Assembly (NCBI GenBank): GCA_964016885.1
Contig: OZ024759.1
Span: 34,100,001-34,164,000 of the forward strand
Source of the DNA: Eledone cirrhosa
Taxonomy: Eukaryota
Direction of reading: 5' to 3'
DNA length: 64,000 bases
Shown here: one piece after another, positions 46,147-61,468 of the stretch
How the letters are laid out: the number at the start of each line of letters is the position of its first letter
Position numbering within the stretch: the first letter of the stretch is position 1
Notes under the pieces: generated by a model
What the model was told of the DNA's origin: nothing
Database searches by the model: none
Seen by the model: only the letters and a program-made list of their open reading frames with translations
Made by a program: the position numbers and the translations under genes

Positions 46147-46571
46147 GAATTGGGAGGATACAGGAGGTTTGGAAGTATCGGTATGCTTTGCAGCACAGAG
46201 TTACGGCACTTTGCGGTCTGAGTTAAAAAACCGCCGAGGTAATTTTGCCTTTCATCGTCACGATGTCGATGAAATAATGTACCAGTCGCGCACTGGGGTT
46301 CGATTTCATTGACTTTCCTCTCCTCCAAAATTGCTGGCCCTGTGCCTATATAAGAAACCATTATTATAATATTCACTAGGGTAGTGGATTGGCAGTATCG
46401 GTAAAGGGTCGGCCGACATGTTTTGCAGCAAAGAGTTACGGTCCTTTATGATCTGAGTTCAAATCCCGCCGAGGTTCACTTTGTTTTTTCATCCTTACAG
46501 GGTTGATAAAATAAAGTACCAGTACTGCACTGGGTAATTGCTGGCCTTGTGCCTAAACATAGAAACAATTA
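46147..46571 (+). mobile_element. Two tandem Meta-domain SINEs (long form 46147-46365, short form 46383-46571)
   Basis: GTGGATTGGCAGTATCGG..GAGTTCAAATCCCGCCGAGG..TTTCATCCTTACAGGGTTGATAAAATAAAGTACCAG..GGCCTTGTGCC. Confidence 0.9.
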
Positions 46572-46760
46572 TACGTTACACTACACTTTTAGATTTGAAA
46601 ACACTTCAGCTGACACCAGAATCTCGAGGCTCCTTTCATGATAATGGAATACAGAATCTCATTTAATAAACTATGATACAAGCACATCAGAGCCGTTTGC
46701 TGTATATTAAACACCTGTATTTATATATCTGTAACATAATATGAAAAAAAATACTCCTGC

Positions 46761-46842
<82 letters not shown>

Positions 46843-46851
46843 CACGTACCT

Positions 46852-46919
<68 letters not shown>

Positions 46920-46928
46920 CACGTACCT

Positions 46929-46993
<65 letters not shown>

Positions 46994-47039
46994 CACACAC
47001 ATAGGTATAATTATATGTGTACATATGTGTGTTTTTATA

Positions 47040-47123
47040 TATATATGTAATTATATATATATATATATTTATGTATATGTATATGGAGATATGTATATGT
47101 ATATATGTATATGTATATATATG

Positions 47124-47156
<33 letters not shown>

Positions 47157-47325
47157 GTATATATATATGTATATATATATATATGTGTATATATATATAT
47201 GTACATATATATGTATATATATGTATATATATATGTATATATATATATATATGTATATATGTATATATATGTATATATATGTATATATATATATGTATAT
47301 ATATATATGTATATATATATATATG

Positions 47326-47388
<63 letters not shown>

Positions 47389-47525
47389 GTATATATATGT
47401 ATATATGTATATATATATATATGTACATATATATATATGTATATATGTATATATATGTATATATATGTATATATATGTATATATATGTATATATATGTAT
47501 ATATATATATGTATATATATATATG

Positions 47526-47588
<63 letters not shown>

Positions 47589-47593
47589 GTATT

Positions 47594-47624
<31 letters not shown>

Positions 47625-47970
47625 GTATATATGTATATATATGTATATATATGTATATATATATGTATGTATATATATATGTATATATATGTATATATAT
47701 ATATGTATAATATATATATGTATATATATATGTATATATATGTATATATATGTATATATATATATGTATATATATGTATATATATATGTATATATATGTA
47801 TATATATATATGTATATATATATATGTATATATATATATGTATATATATGTATATGTATATATATGTATATATATATATGTATATATATGTATATATATA
47901 TATGTATATATATGTATATATATATATGTATATATATGTATATATATATATGTATATATGTATATATATG

Positions 47971-48005
<35 letters not shown>

Positions 48006-48140
48006 GTATATATATGTATATATGTATATATATGTATATATATGTATATATATATATGTGTATATGTATATATATATCTATATGTATATATATATATGTA
48101 TATATATATATATGTATATGTATATATGTATATATATATG

Positions 48141-48187
<47 letters not shown>

Positions 48188-48228
48188 GTATATATGTATA
48201 TATATATGTGTATATATATATGTATATA

Positions 48229-48265
<37 letters not shown>

Positions 48266-48306
48266 GTATATATGTATATATATATGTGTATATATATATG
48301 TATATA

Positions 48307-48349
<43 letters not shown>

Positions 48350-48350
48350 G

Positions 48351-48383
<33 letters not shown>

Positions 48384-48422
48384 GTATATATATATATATA
48401 TATATATGTATATGTATATATG

Positions 48423-48453
<31 letters not shown>

Positions 48454-48534
48454 GTATATATATATATATATATATATGTATATGTATATATGTATATATA
48501 TATGTATATATATATATGTATATATATATATATG

Positions 48535-48587
<53 letters not shown>

Positions 48588-48754
48588 GTATATATATATA
48601 TATGTATATTTATATATATGTATATATATATGTATATTTATATATATGTATATATATATGTATATTTATATATATGTATATATATATGTATATTTATATA
48701 TATGTATATATATATGTATATATATATATGTATATATATATATGTATATATATG

Positions 48755-48826
<72 letters not shown>
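47040..48826. repeat. About 1.8-kb complex (TA)n array with TGTA interruptions
   Basis: Visible directly. Confidence 0.97.
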
Positions 48827-48831
<5 letters not shown>

Positions 48832-49095
48832 CTTTTGTCACACACTCTGAAGAGGTCACAGAGTCTGTGACGAAAGGACTATGACTATATATAAACAAGT
48901 ATCTTGTTGTGCAACCAACCAACCAGAAATTTATAAATTTATAAACTTGTAAATTTATAAATATATAATAAACTGAAGTGAAAGCAACTGGTGCGTGTGT
49001 TTCTTATTGGCAACATGACCCTCCCAAAGTATAACAATATCGGTTTCAACACAGGATTTCAGATAAAGAATCTTGCTAAACAAATTCAGAAACGA
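48827..49095 (+). mobile_element. Family D element with a 5' fold-back through a hammerhead core
   Basis: TAGTCCTTTTGTCACACACTCTG mirrors CAGAGTCTGTGACGAAAGGACTA; core CTGAAGA GGTCACAG AGT CTGTGAC GAAA GGAC TA TGACT; body homologous to 5140-5250. Confidence 0.75.
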
Positions 49096-49097
49096 AA

Positions 49098-49795
<698 letters not shown>

Positions 49796-50243
49796 TACGA
49801 GTACATTATATATTACTGACTAGGTTGTATCTATAACATGAAAGACACAGATACAATACAATAACTAAAATTTGAAAGTAAATATTGTTTGGAATCAAAT
49901 AATATCTGTTAAGGATTCATGTTGTGAGGTGTGGCTGGGTTGTGGGTGGGATGGGTGAGATAGGATTCTAGTTTAGTAACAAAAATAAAAAAGAAAATTG
50001 CTTGAAAACCTTGTCTCAATACAGCGTTTTAGAAGAGAAAATCCCTTGCCAAATATATCCAATCATAATATATCGTGTGATATTTATTCTTGAATATAAA
50101 TATATAAATATGTACACATATATGGTATATAGATATATATATATATTCACATCTAAAGTAATCGCACGCAGACAAATACACATACATACGAGTGTGAACA
50201 AACACGTAAGTGTACCCATATAGTCTTATACATACACACACAA

Positions 50244-50295
<52 letters not shown>

Positions 50296-50344
50296 GTGTG
50301 TGTGTTTAAAAGTATACCTATATACCCATATAGATTTATACATG

Positions 50345-50397
<53 letters not shown>

Positions 50398-51134
50398 GTG
50401 TGTGTGTGTAAAGGTATACCTATATACACATATGTTTATATATATGCATACATATACACAAGTGTTCATATATATGCATACATACACATGGTTGTATACA
50501 TACATACAAATCGTTATATATATATATATATATATGATTGTATATAGATGCCTGTGTGTATATATGTATACAGATTCAAGCAACTATAAACAAATGTATA
50601 TATATATATATGATTGTATATATATGCCTGTGTGTATATATGTATACATATTCAAGCAACTTGTATATATGTATATATATGTATATATATATATTTAGTT
50701 ATAGCTACCCGTGATTATATACTCATACATTCACACAGTTATATATATATATATACATAGCATATGCATTATATGTATCTGCCTCTCTGTTCTGTCCCTG
50801 TTCAATTTTTTATTATATATATATATATATATATATAATCACGTAGCTTCTAACAAGAAAGTATATCAAGACCATTTTAATAACATATATAAATAAAAGT
50901 GGAATATATATGGTACTTCTAATGGAGATTTCGTCCTGTGTTTGCATTCTGATAATATCTATATAGTCGTTGCTTCTTTCTTTATTTGTATTTTGGCAGA
51001 TAGAGAATGGCATTCTTGTAATATGAAGAATCGTCTTAACCACGTGGGAACATGGAACAACGATAGTAAAACCTAGAACATATATAAGTGTGTAGATTTA
51101 TATATTTATATTTACATATGGTATAAATAAATGA

Positions 51135-51173
<39 letters not shown>

Positions 51174-51219
51174 GTTATATAGGTATATATAGATATATAT
51201 AGCTACCACTGTACACAAC

Positions 51220-51254
<35 letters not shown>

Positions 51255-51334
51255 TTTTATGTGATTGTTACTGTAAATGTAAATTATCTTGTGGATATGC
51301 ACACATATACGCTCATACCAATGAAAGATATTGC

Positions 51335-53452
<2,118 letters not shown>

Positions 53453-53829
53453 AGAGAGTTATAGACAAATATTTATTTTTCATTATGAAACACTCTTCTG
53501 CATAATCTATAATTTGGAAAACTACTGTATTATGGTTTTCATTATCTCACGGATGTCCTAAATACTGTTATTTCTTTCGTTAATAAAGACGTTGTTACAT
53601 AGTCTTGATAGACGTATGTACTGTTTCAGAGAATGAGACAGAGAGTGACATGAATTTGGAGACAGAGAGGGTGAGACAAGAAGACGGAGAGAGACTGACA
53701 GAGGTAGATACGTAGAGCTACATGTAAAGAATGCCAGGGTAAGAGAAAGGGAGAGAGAAAGAAAGAGAGAAAGAATGAGTAAAAGAGAATAAATGAAAGA
53801 GATAGAAACTATAAGAAAGGAAGAAATAT

Positions 53830-54280
53830 CCGCCGCAACCTGATGCAGTCTGCGACTAACCCAGGTTCTGCTGCATGTCGGGTTGAGGAGGCCAAACTCT
53901 TCAAATACCGGTCGCTCTACAACAGGTCTGCAGTCGTACCCTTGGCAGTGGAGATTTCTGGTGTCCTCTGCCTTAGGGCTACCTCACTATTCACCAGGTT
54001 CACGGCCGTACCCTTGACAGTGGAGACTTGTGGTATCCTCGGCCCTAGGGCTATATCTCTATTGACCAGGTTCACAGTCGTACCCCTGGCAGTGGAGACC
54101 TCTTGTGCCCTTGGCCCTAGGGCTACCTCCCTACTCACCCCCATAGGCGCTGGGCTGGCCAGCCGCAGGTGTGAGCCTCGTGAGCTGGAATGGCTTTCCC
54201 AACGCGTCTCCCTTGCCGTTCTCCGGGGAAACGCCTTCTGCATTCTGTCCGCCTTGGCTGCAGTGAGGCCACCAATATGA
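53830..54280 (+). pseudogene. 5'-truncated CRE-like non-LTR retrotransposon, C-terminal restriction-like endonuclease region with an internal 72-bp triplication
   Basis: Motifs EEAKLFKY, PLAVETS.ALG and EPRELEWLSQRVSLAVLRGNAFCIL match the 'E..K..KY / P.AVET.G..G / QRLS.A..RGNA' C-terminus I associate with CRE-clade elements. Confidence 0.8.
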
Positions 54281-54651
54281 TTGACTGACTTATCATTTGA
54301 TCAGTCAGATGTTTTTAGATATCACCCAGTTAATTATGATTTCTGCAGAATTGTTATCCTTCATCAACTTGAAATGATATGAAAGATGAAATCGATCTCA
54401 GAGAAGTAAGATTCTGAATGTACACCACAACATCCCCAATCATTCTAGCTATTTAATGTCTTGGAGGAACGCAACCAAATTAAATTATAATCGAAGGTTG
54501 TATATATTGATAATAAATCTCTCGCATGTCATTAAAAGTAGGTTTACAAATTATATTAAAGCAAGGCTTCATTAGTTTTCCATTTTCTCCAGCATCTGCT
54601 CAGAATGTTTTTTAATTAAACAAGGAAAATAAGGATTTCTTCATTCTAAAT

Positions 54652-54876
54652 ACTGGTTTCTTATATTGGCACAAGGCCAGCAATTTTGGGAGAGGGGAAA
54701 GTTGATTATATCGACCTCAGTGCGTGACTGGTACTTTATTTTATCGACACCGTGAGGATGAAAGGTAAAATTAACCTCAGCAGGATTTGAACTCAGACCT
54801 TAAAGGGGCGTAACTCTATTCTACAAAACTACAAAACATGGCGTGCGCCCCTCCACGGTTACTGCTAATCCACCGC
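54652..54876 (-). mobile_element. Meta-domain SINE (long form), full length
   Basis: Family motifs including the GGGAGAGGGGAAAGTTGATTATATCGAC segment. Confidence 0.88.
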
Positions 54877-55221
54877 GCTAGTAACAATAATATATATTAA
54901 CGATTTATTTATTAATCCAATATAATGAAAACTTATTTAAGTCAAACAAACTTCTGTCATCAGAAATTCTCCAAAAGCAATAAACTACATCTACATGAAT
55001 GACATAATTACAATGGCTTTATTTTCTCTTATTTTGCTTTATACGTCATTGTTTTCTTTTGTTTTTGATTTTGTTTTGTATTGTTTTGTTTGTTTTTAGT
55101 TTCGGCTTTATTGAAAGACTATTGTCTAATCAATATCTATTTCCAGGTCGAATATTATGTTATCGAACAGACTGGCAAATATTCAAACCGATGTTTACAT
55201 ATGTTGATTTGTTCGTTACAT

Positions 55222-55239
55222 TTGCTGTTGTTGTTATTA

Positions 55240-55273
<34 letters not shown>

Positions 55274-55468
55274 GCTATTGTTATTGTTGTTGCTGTTGTT
55301 GTTGTTGTTGTTGTTGTTGTGTTATGGTTGTTAATGATATTATTATTATTTGGCTGTTATTATAATCGTTGCTGTTGGTGGCGTTGTTGTTGCTGTTGCT
55401 GTTGATGTTGATGATGTTGTTGTTGTTGTTGCTGTTGTTATTGTTGTCGTTGCTGCTGTTGTTGTTTT
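55222..55468. repeat. (TTA)n/(GTT)n trinucleotide tract
   Basis: Visible directly. Confidence 0.92.
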
Positions 55469-55916
55469 ATTAAAACGTTTGCATCATACACTTATCTCAT
55501 TATACTTTCAAAAATGTCAAACTGAGTCAGAATAATTGAGTGGTTTCTAGCAGTAAGTAGTGTAGTCACGTGATGCTACTTATTCTGCTCTGTACATGTA
55601 ATTGATATTGTTCCAGTTGAGCGTTGCCACCGCCCGCGGACTTGCGGCTGCTATTTTTGGAATCATGATCGAAAGGTCATGTTACATTATCAAATTAAGA
55701 TATCTCACAATATGAAGCATTCGGTCCTTGAAATAGACACTACATTATAAGTTGTTCTTGTCGACTGAGCTGCTAGAAACATGTACTAGAAGTATCGAGA
55801 ACTTTTGTACTCTCAGTCCTTTAATGGAGATAAGGTTGTTGATATGAAATCGTCTGTTGAAACAAATATTGTTATACATAGATACGGTCATATTGTTATA
55901 ATATTGCAAGACATAA

Positions 55917-56097
55917 TAATTGTTTCTACTTGTTGGCATAAGGCCAGCAATTATCCCAGTGCATTACTGGTACTTTATTTTATCGGCCCCGTAAGGATGA
56001 AAGGCAAAGTTAACCTCGGCAGGATTTTAACTCAGATGGTAAATTGCCATTACTCTATACTGTAAAGCATATCCGACCCTCTACTAATACTGCCAAC

Positions 56098-56098
<1 letters not shown>
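55917..56098 (-). mobile_element. Meta-domain SINE (short form)
   Basis: Family motifs. Confidence 0.88.
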
Positions 56099-56134
<36 letters not shown>

Positions 56135-56136
<2 letters not shown>

Positions 56137-56243
56137 GGAAAAAGTATGTATACTTTTTCCTATTTTCCACTCTACTACCCTAAGTATTGAGTACTCTGGT
56201 ACGTTATGGTCCATTTGGTTCCTTACCACAATTCCTTTGTTAT
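56135..56243 (+). mobile_element. Family B element with only a 28-bp terminal hairpin
   Basis: TAGGAAAAAGTAT-GT-ATACTTTTTCCTA followed by the same tail as the copies at 19483 and 27497. Confidence 0.85.
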
Positions 56244-56554
56244 ATATATTTATATATATATTTATATTCATACGTACATATATATGTTTTATATTAGTAC
56301 TGATTATGATATTGCTAAATGGATTTGTTATTCGTGTTAATAGCACATGCTCTATTTAGTGCCTCTTACACGTGTTTCGCGGTGTCAAGATAAAAGTCCG
56401 CTGTGTTATGTCATTAGGTTTTAATACCTATCCCGGATTTTTTAAAAAATCTTGGTTTGTTTTTTACATCCGTGACCTGGATATCAATATCTTAAGAATG
56501 CAAGTTTTATAAGGTTCAAAATAGGGACTAAGTCCCTGTAATAAATTCATCAAC

Positions 56555-56615
<61 letters not shown>

Positions 56616-57469
56616 GTGGGAGACTGGAAGGTAATATCCGTAGTGGTAGGGCACTCAGTCCAAGGGACGAGTTAGATAGAAGTGGTTACACAACAGTTAG
56701 TTCACCATACATATATATATATATATATATATATAAGAGTGTGTGTGTGTTTCGGTGTCACGGAATTGCACAAGCTCATGCTGTATGAGTCAAAACTCAA
56801 CTAATCTGCCCAACAGTGGAACCGAACTCAAAGAGAGACCGACCACATATATATTCCCACCTGCTCGAAACCATGTTTGAGTTGCATATTTGAAATATCG
56901 CTTTATACCATGAGATGAATACGTATTAAACGAAACAAAAGCAAAAACAACAACAAACACTGCATATCAAATGAAAATAATAATTTCAAGTGTCTATAAC
57001 GTTTTTTTATTTTTATTTTTTCATGTTCGTCTTCTTTTCCCCTCCAATTTATTTGCTTGCCATTCGGGCAGTGTTACACTCTAGTAACTAAACAATAGAA
57101 ATGCTGTTGATAATATTAAGGAATATCTATTCCTATCCATAATCCATAATTTCACAGCAAATGAACAAAATAATCTTCGGCACATCATGGCAGAAATTCC
57201 ATCAAAATCATCGAAACGAGACGCCTGTGTGAAATGACTAAAGAAAGGCAGCCGAGACAATATGACATATTCTGGCTTAGAAAGATAAACCTTCTTCTGC
57301 TGACATATTATCAATAGTACTGCATTACTAAGGTCCACATATATTGATTACAATTTTATATGTCAAGACGTGTGGCTTAGTGGTTAGGTTGTTTGGTTAG
57401 ACACACGAACATAGCGTCAGGTGTTCGTTTCCTGCATGTATCCATTCCGACAACTTTTAAACATTTAGA

Positions 57470-58085
57470 TAGGAAGTGATTTGAACTCAGAAAGTAAAGG
57501 GTTATAATCCCTTATTACAAGTAATAATAATTTCTACATTAGGCACAAGGCTAGTAATTCTGTAGATAGACGAATATTGGTTAAATGGAGGCCAGAACGT
57601 GGCTGGAACTTTATTTTATCGACCCCATAAGAATGAAAGGCAAAGGTAACCTCGGTGGGATTTGAACTCAGAACGTAAAGGTCATTAATTCAATAATAAA
57701 GCATGTAGTCCGACGCTCTACTGCTTACCGGCCTTACTAATGATAATAATAAGTGTTTCTACTTCTGGCACAAGGCCAGCAATTATCCCAGTGTATTACT
57801 GGTACTTTATTTTATCGACCCCGTAAGGATGAAAGACAAAGGTAACCTCGGTTGGATTTGAACTCAGAATGGCAAGGGCAGTAACTCTATGCGTCAAAGC
57901 ATGGCGTCCGACCCTCTAGCGATACTGCCAATCCATAATGATAATAATTGTTTCTACTTTAGGCATAAGGCCAGCAATTACCCAGTGCATTACTGGTACT
58001 TTATTTTATCGACCCCGTAAAGATGAAAGGCAAAGTCAACCTCGGCGCGATTTGAACTCAGATCGTAAGGGGACGTAACTATGCT
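57470..58085 (-). mobile_element. Tandem cluster of Meta-domain SINEs separated by (TAA)-rich spacers
   Basis: Copies at about 57527-57722, 57750-57935 and 57945-58085, plus a head fragment near 57478. Confidence 0.9.
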
Positions 58086-58474
58086 GATAATAATAATACT
58101 TGTTTGTAATTTTGGTACAAGACAATAAATTGATGTGTGGGGTGGAGTAAATTATACCCCTGGCTATTTCATGTTGCTATACCTCTTCCTTGGAGGCCGG
58201 CTTTTGGAAGTATATTAGAAGAAAATGAATCGCGGTATTTCGTTTGTGTCAGAGTTCAAAACAAGAAATCACTTAGAAATTGGTAGAATTTGAACTCTGA
58301 ACAAAATGAAATTATTCTGTTTCACAAGTTTTCCATTACACCACCCCTAAAGAAATAATAACAATAACGATAATGTTAATGATTGTCGTTATTATCATAT
58401 TTTTAGCGATATATTTCGCGCTAAAAATAGTTTTATTTATAAATTATAGGTTTCTTTGAAGTTTACACAGCACG

Positions 58475-58522
<48 letters not shown>

Positions 58523-58652
58523 ATGTGTGTGTGTGTATCTAACAGTTTTTACTGTATTCCCTCCCAATCACCTACGCACATTTTAAAAGCCAACTTTTAC
58601 TAATGTATATATATATATATATAATATGTATGTACATAATATATTTATATAT

Positions 58653-58735
<83 letters not shown>

Positions 58736-59173
58736 CAAATACACCGTATATATATATATATTTCATAACCCAATTTCTGAAACAGTATTTTTTAAGCGAG
58801 GAAACCAGACAGGAAGAATTGAATTTTTAAATTTGTTCTTTTATCGAAGATGGGCAAAATAATTTGATTAAAAAATATTAAATCAAAAAAATATAATTTG
58901 ATTTAAAAAAAAATAGTATACCACATTATAAAAAGCATCTCTCTCTGTATGTGTATTTATGTATATTTATATATAATATACAATATATATATATATATGT
59001 ATAATATACAATATATATATATATAATATAATATATATATATATATATATATTTATTAAATACACATATATATATATATATATATGTGTGTGTGTATATA
59101 TATAATATATATATATATAAATATATATATGTATATATAAAGTGTGTGTATGTATATATGTAACATATACAAT

Positions 59174-59207
<34 letters not shown>

Positions 59208-59917
59208 GTGTGTATATGTATAAACTGAGTGTGTATGCGTGTGTATTATTTATATAAAACAATAAATATTTTTTGCATTCTAAATATATTGACTAAATGT
59301 ATTTCAGAAGTGCGGATAACAAAAACCAGTTGATTAAATGCATCTCTCTCTCTCTCTCTCTCTCTCGCTCTCGCTCTCTCTCTCTCTCTCTCTCTTATAC
59401 CGTTAAACCATTGAAATGATTTAGATTTGCTCTTAGCATTGCACGTCTGCCAATATTTGTTATTCCGGTGGATGTCTGACCCATCATGAAACGTGCTTAA
59501 ATATATATGTGTGTGTATGCATGCATGTATGTATGTATATATATATATATTTATATATATATATATAAAGAAAGGTAAACAGAAATGGCAAAATGAACCA
59601 ATCAAAGCGCATAGTACACGGAAGAAACATATTAGTTTAACGTTTCGGGCACTAGTCTCTCATCAGAAGATAGATTTAGAAATAGATGATAAATAGAAAG
59701 TAAAGAGTGATGGGAAGGAACGGCGAAAATAAGAAAAACAAATGGGAAGAAATAAAAACACACCTGCGTTCAATACCGAAGTAGAGTTTTAGTATTCATT
59801 TATATTAAGGCTAAAACGTGAGTCTTGTTATTGTGGAGCTTAGCCTATTTATCTCATAATTACTCCTGTGACGAAACAAGGAAAGGGTAAATAGAACGAG
59901 AAGAACAAGGTGGTCTA

Positions 59918-60040
59918 CTGAGTGGACTAGAGCAGCGTAAAATAAAGTATCTTGCTCAAGAAAACAACGCAACACTGTGACTCGAACTCACAAGCTTACA
60001 GTTGTGAGACTAATACCCTAACCACAAGGCGAAGCGGCTG
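59918..60040 (-). mobile_element. CORE-type SINE head
   Basis: GAGTGGACTAGAGCAGCGTAAAATAAAGTATCTTGCTCAAG..CTCGAACTCAC..CCCTAACCAC. Confidence 0.78.
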
Positions 60041-60148
60041 CACACATACACAAATACATACATACACGCACACACACACACGCACACGCACACATACATG
60101 ATGGCTACCTCCTCGTTATCGAGTATGGCCATTGCACGAAATAATATT

Positions 60149-60461
60149 AATTGTTTCTACTTTAGGCACAATGCCACCAATTACCCAGTGTATTACTGGT
60201 ACTTTATTTCATCGACCCCTGTAAGGATGAAAGGCAAAGTCAACCTCGGCAGGATTTGAACTCAGATCGTAAAGGGACGTAACTATGCTGGAAAGCATGG
60301 TGTCTGACGCTCTACCGATACTGCCAATCCACCGCCCTATTGCACGATATGATATTAATAATTGTTTCTACTTTAGGCACAAGGCCAGCAATTACCCAGT
60401 ACATTACTGGTACTTTATTTTATCGACCCCATAAGGATGAAAGGCTAAGTTAACCTCGGCG
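60149..60461 (-). mobile_element. Two tandem Meta-domain SINEs (short form)
   Basis: Full copy 60149-60335 and truncated copy 60360-60461, each preceded by TTGCACGA.AT.ATATTAAT. Confidence 0.9.
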
Positions 60462-60527
60462 ATATAATATTAATAATAATTAGTAATTAATTCTATCGTG
60501 CAATGCCTGTGCTTAAATATTTTTTTT

Positions 60528-60775
60528 TAAAGTGAGGAAAGACTGTGCACTGAGCCAATACCACTCTCTGATTGACAGTAGCTATAACCCGAAAACAAGA
60601 AAATATCAACATCATCGGTAACTACTGAGCCACAGGTTTTATGTCCGATCTATCCCAGGTTCCTGAGTTGCCTTCTCTTAGAAGAATGCCCTGACAAAGG
60701 CTAGGGGCCCTTCACTCCCTGTGATTAAACGGCGCGATCGGGTATCCAGCCAGACTATTTCTATGTCCCCGCGCA
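60528..60775 (-). mobile_element. RTE-like UTR fragment homologous to 6849-7030
   Basis: The minus strand reads ATCACAGGGAG..CCCCTAGCCTTTGTCAGGGCA..CTAAGAGAAGGCAACTC..GATGATGTTGA..AGAGAGTGGTATTGGCT. Confidence 0.65.
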
Positions 60776-60964
60776 TATACATGCATATACATATACATAT
60801 ATGTATATACATATATGCATATACATGTATGCATATACATATACATATATATATACATATTTACACATATATGCATATACATATATGCATATACATATAT
60901 ATATACATATTTACACATTCTTCCTCCCTGCAGGACAAAAACACACATACATATTTACATACAA

Positions 60965-61468
60965 AGAATGTCATCTCGCTACTACCTCCCCATGAGATAC
61001 GATGGGATAGCTAGAACCATCTGGAACGCACTTCGGAAAACAAAATTAACAACAAACGAGGAAGAATGTATTGAGACAGAGGACTCTAAGGAATATTGGT
61101 GGAACCTGAAAATAAAAACTGCCACTAAAGTAAAGCACAACCGGCCGGATATTGTAGTTTGGGACTACACATTGAAAACGTGTTCTGTTGTGGAGATCAG
61201 CTGCCCACTTGATGTAAACGTTGTCAGAAAAATACAGGAGAAGGAGGACATCTACGGACCATTGATGAGGAGTTTACAAATCCAGTATCCAAGATACACC
61301 TTTAGCTTCATACCCGTCATTATTGGAGCTACGGGTTATATACCAACCCGCTTGGACCAATGTATAACTGAACTTGGATTTGCAGACAAAGAGCGCAGCT
61401 CCCTAATTCATAGTTTCCAAATGACTGCGATAGCTGGCACCTTCAAAATTTGCAAAACATTCTTGTGA
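60965..61468 (+). pseudogene. 5'-truncated R4/Dong-like (R2-group) non-LTR retrotransposon, restriction-like endonuclease domain
   Basis: About 165 open codons with RYD (RHD-like), [30 protein letters not shown] and IPVIIGATG, the PD..D/E..K RLE signature. The N-terminal part of the listed ORF is microsatellite. Confidence 0.88.
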
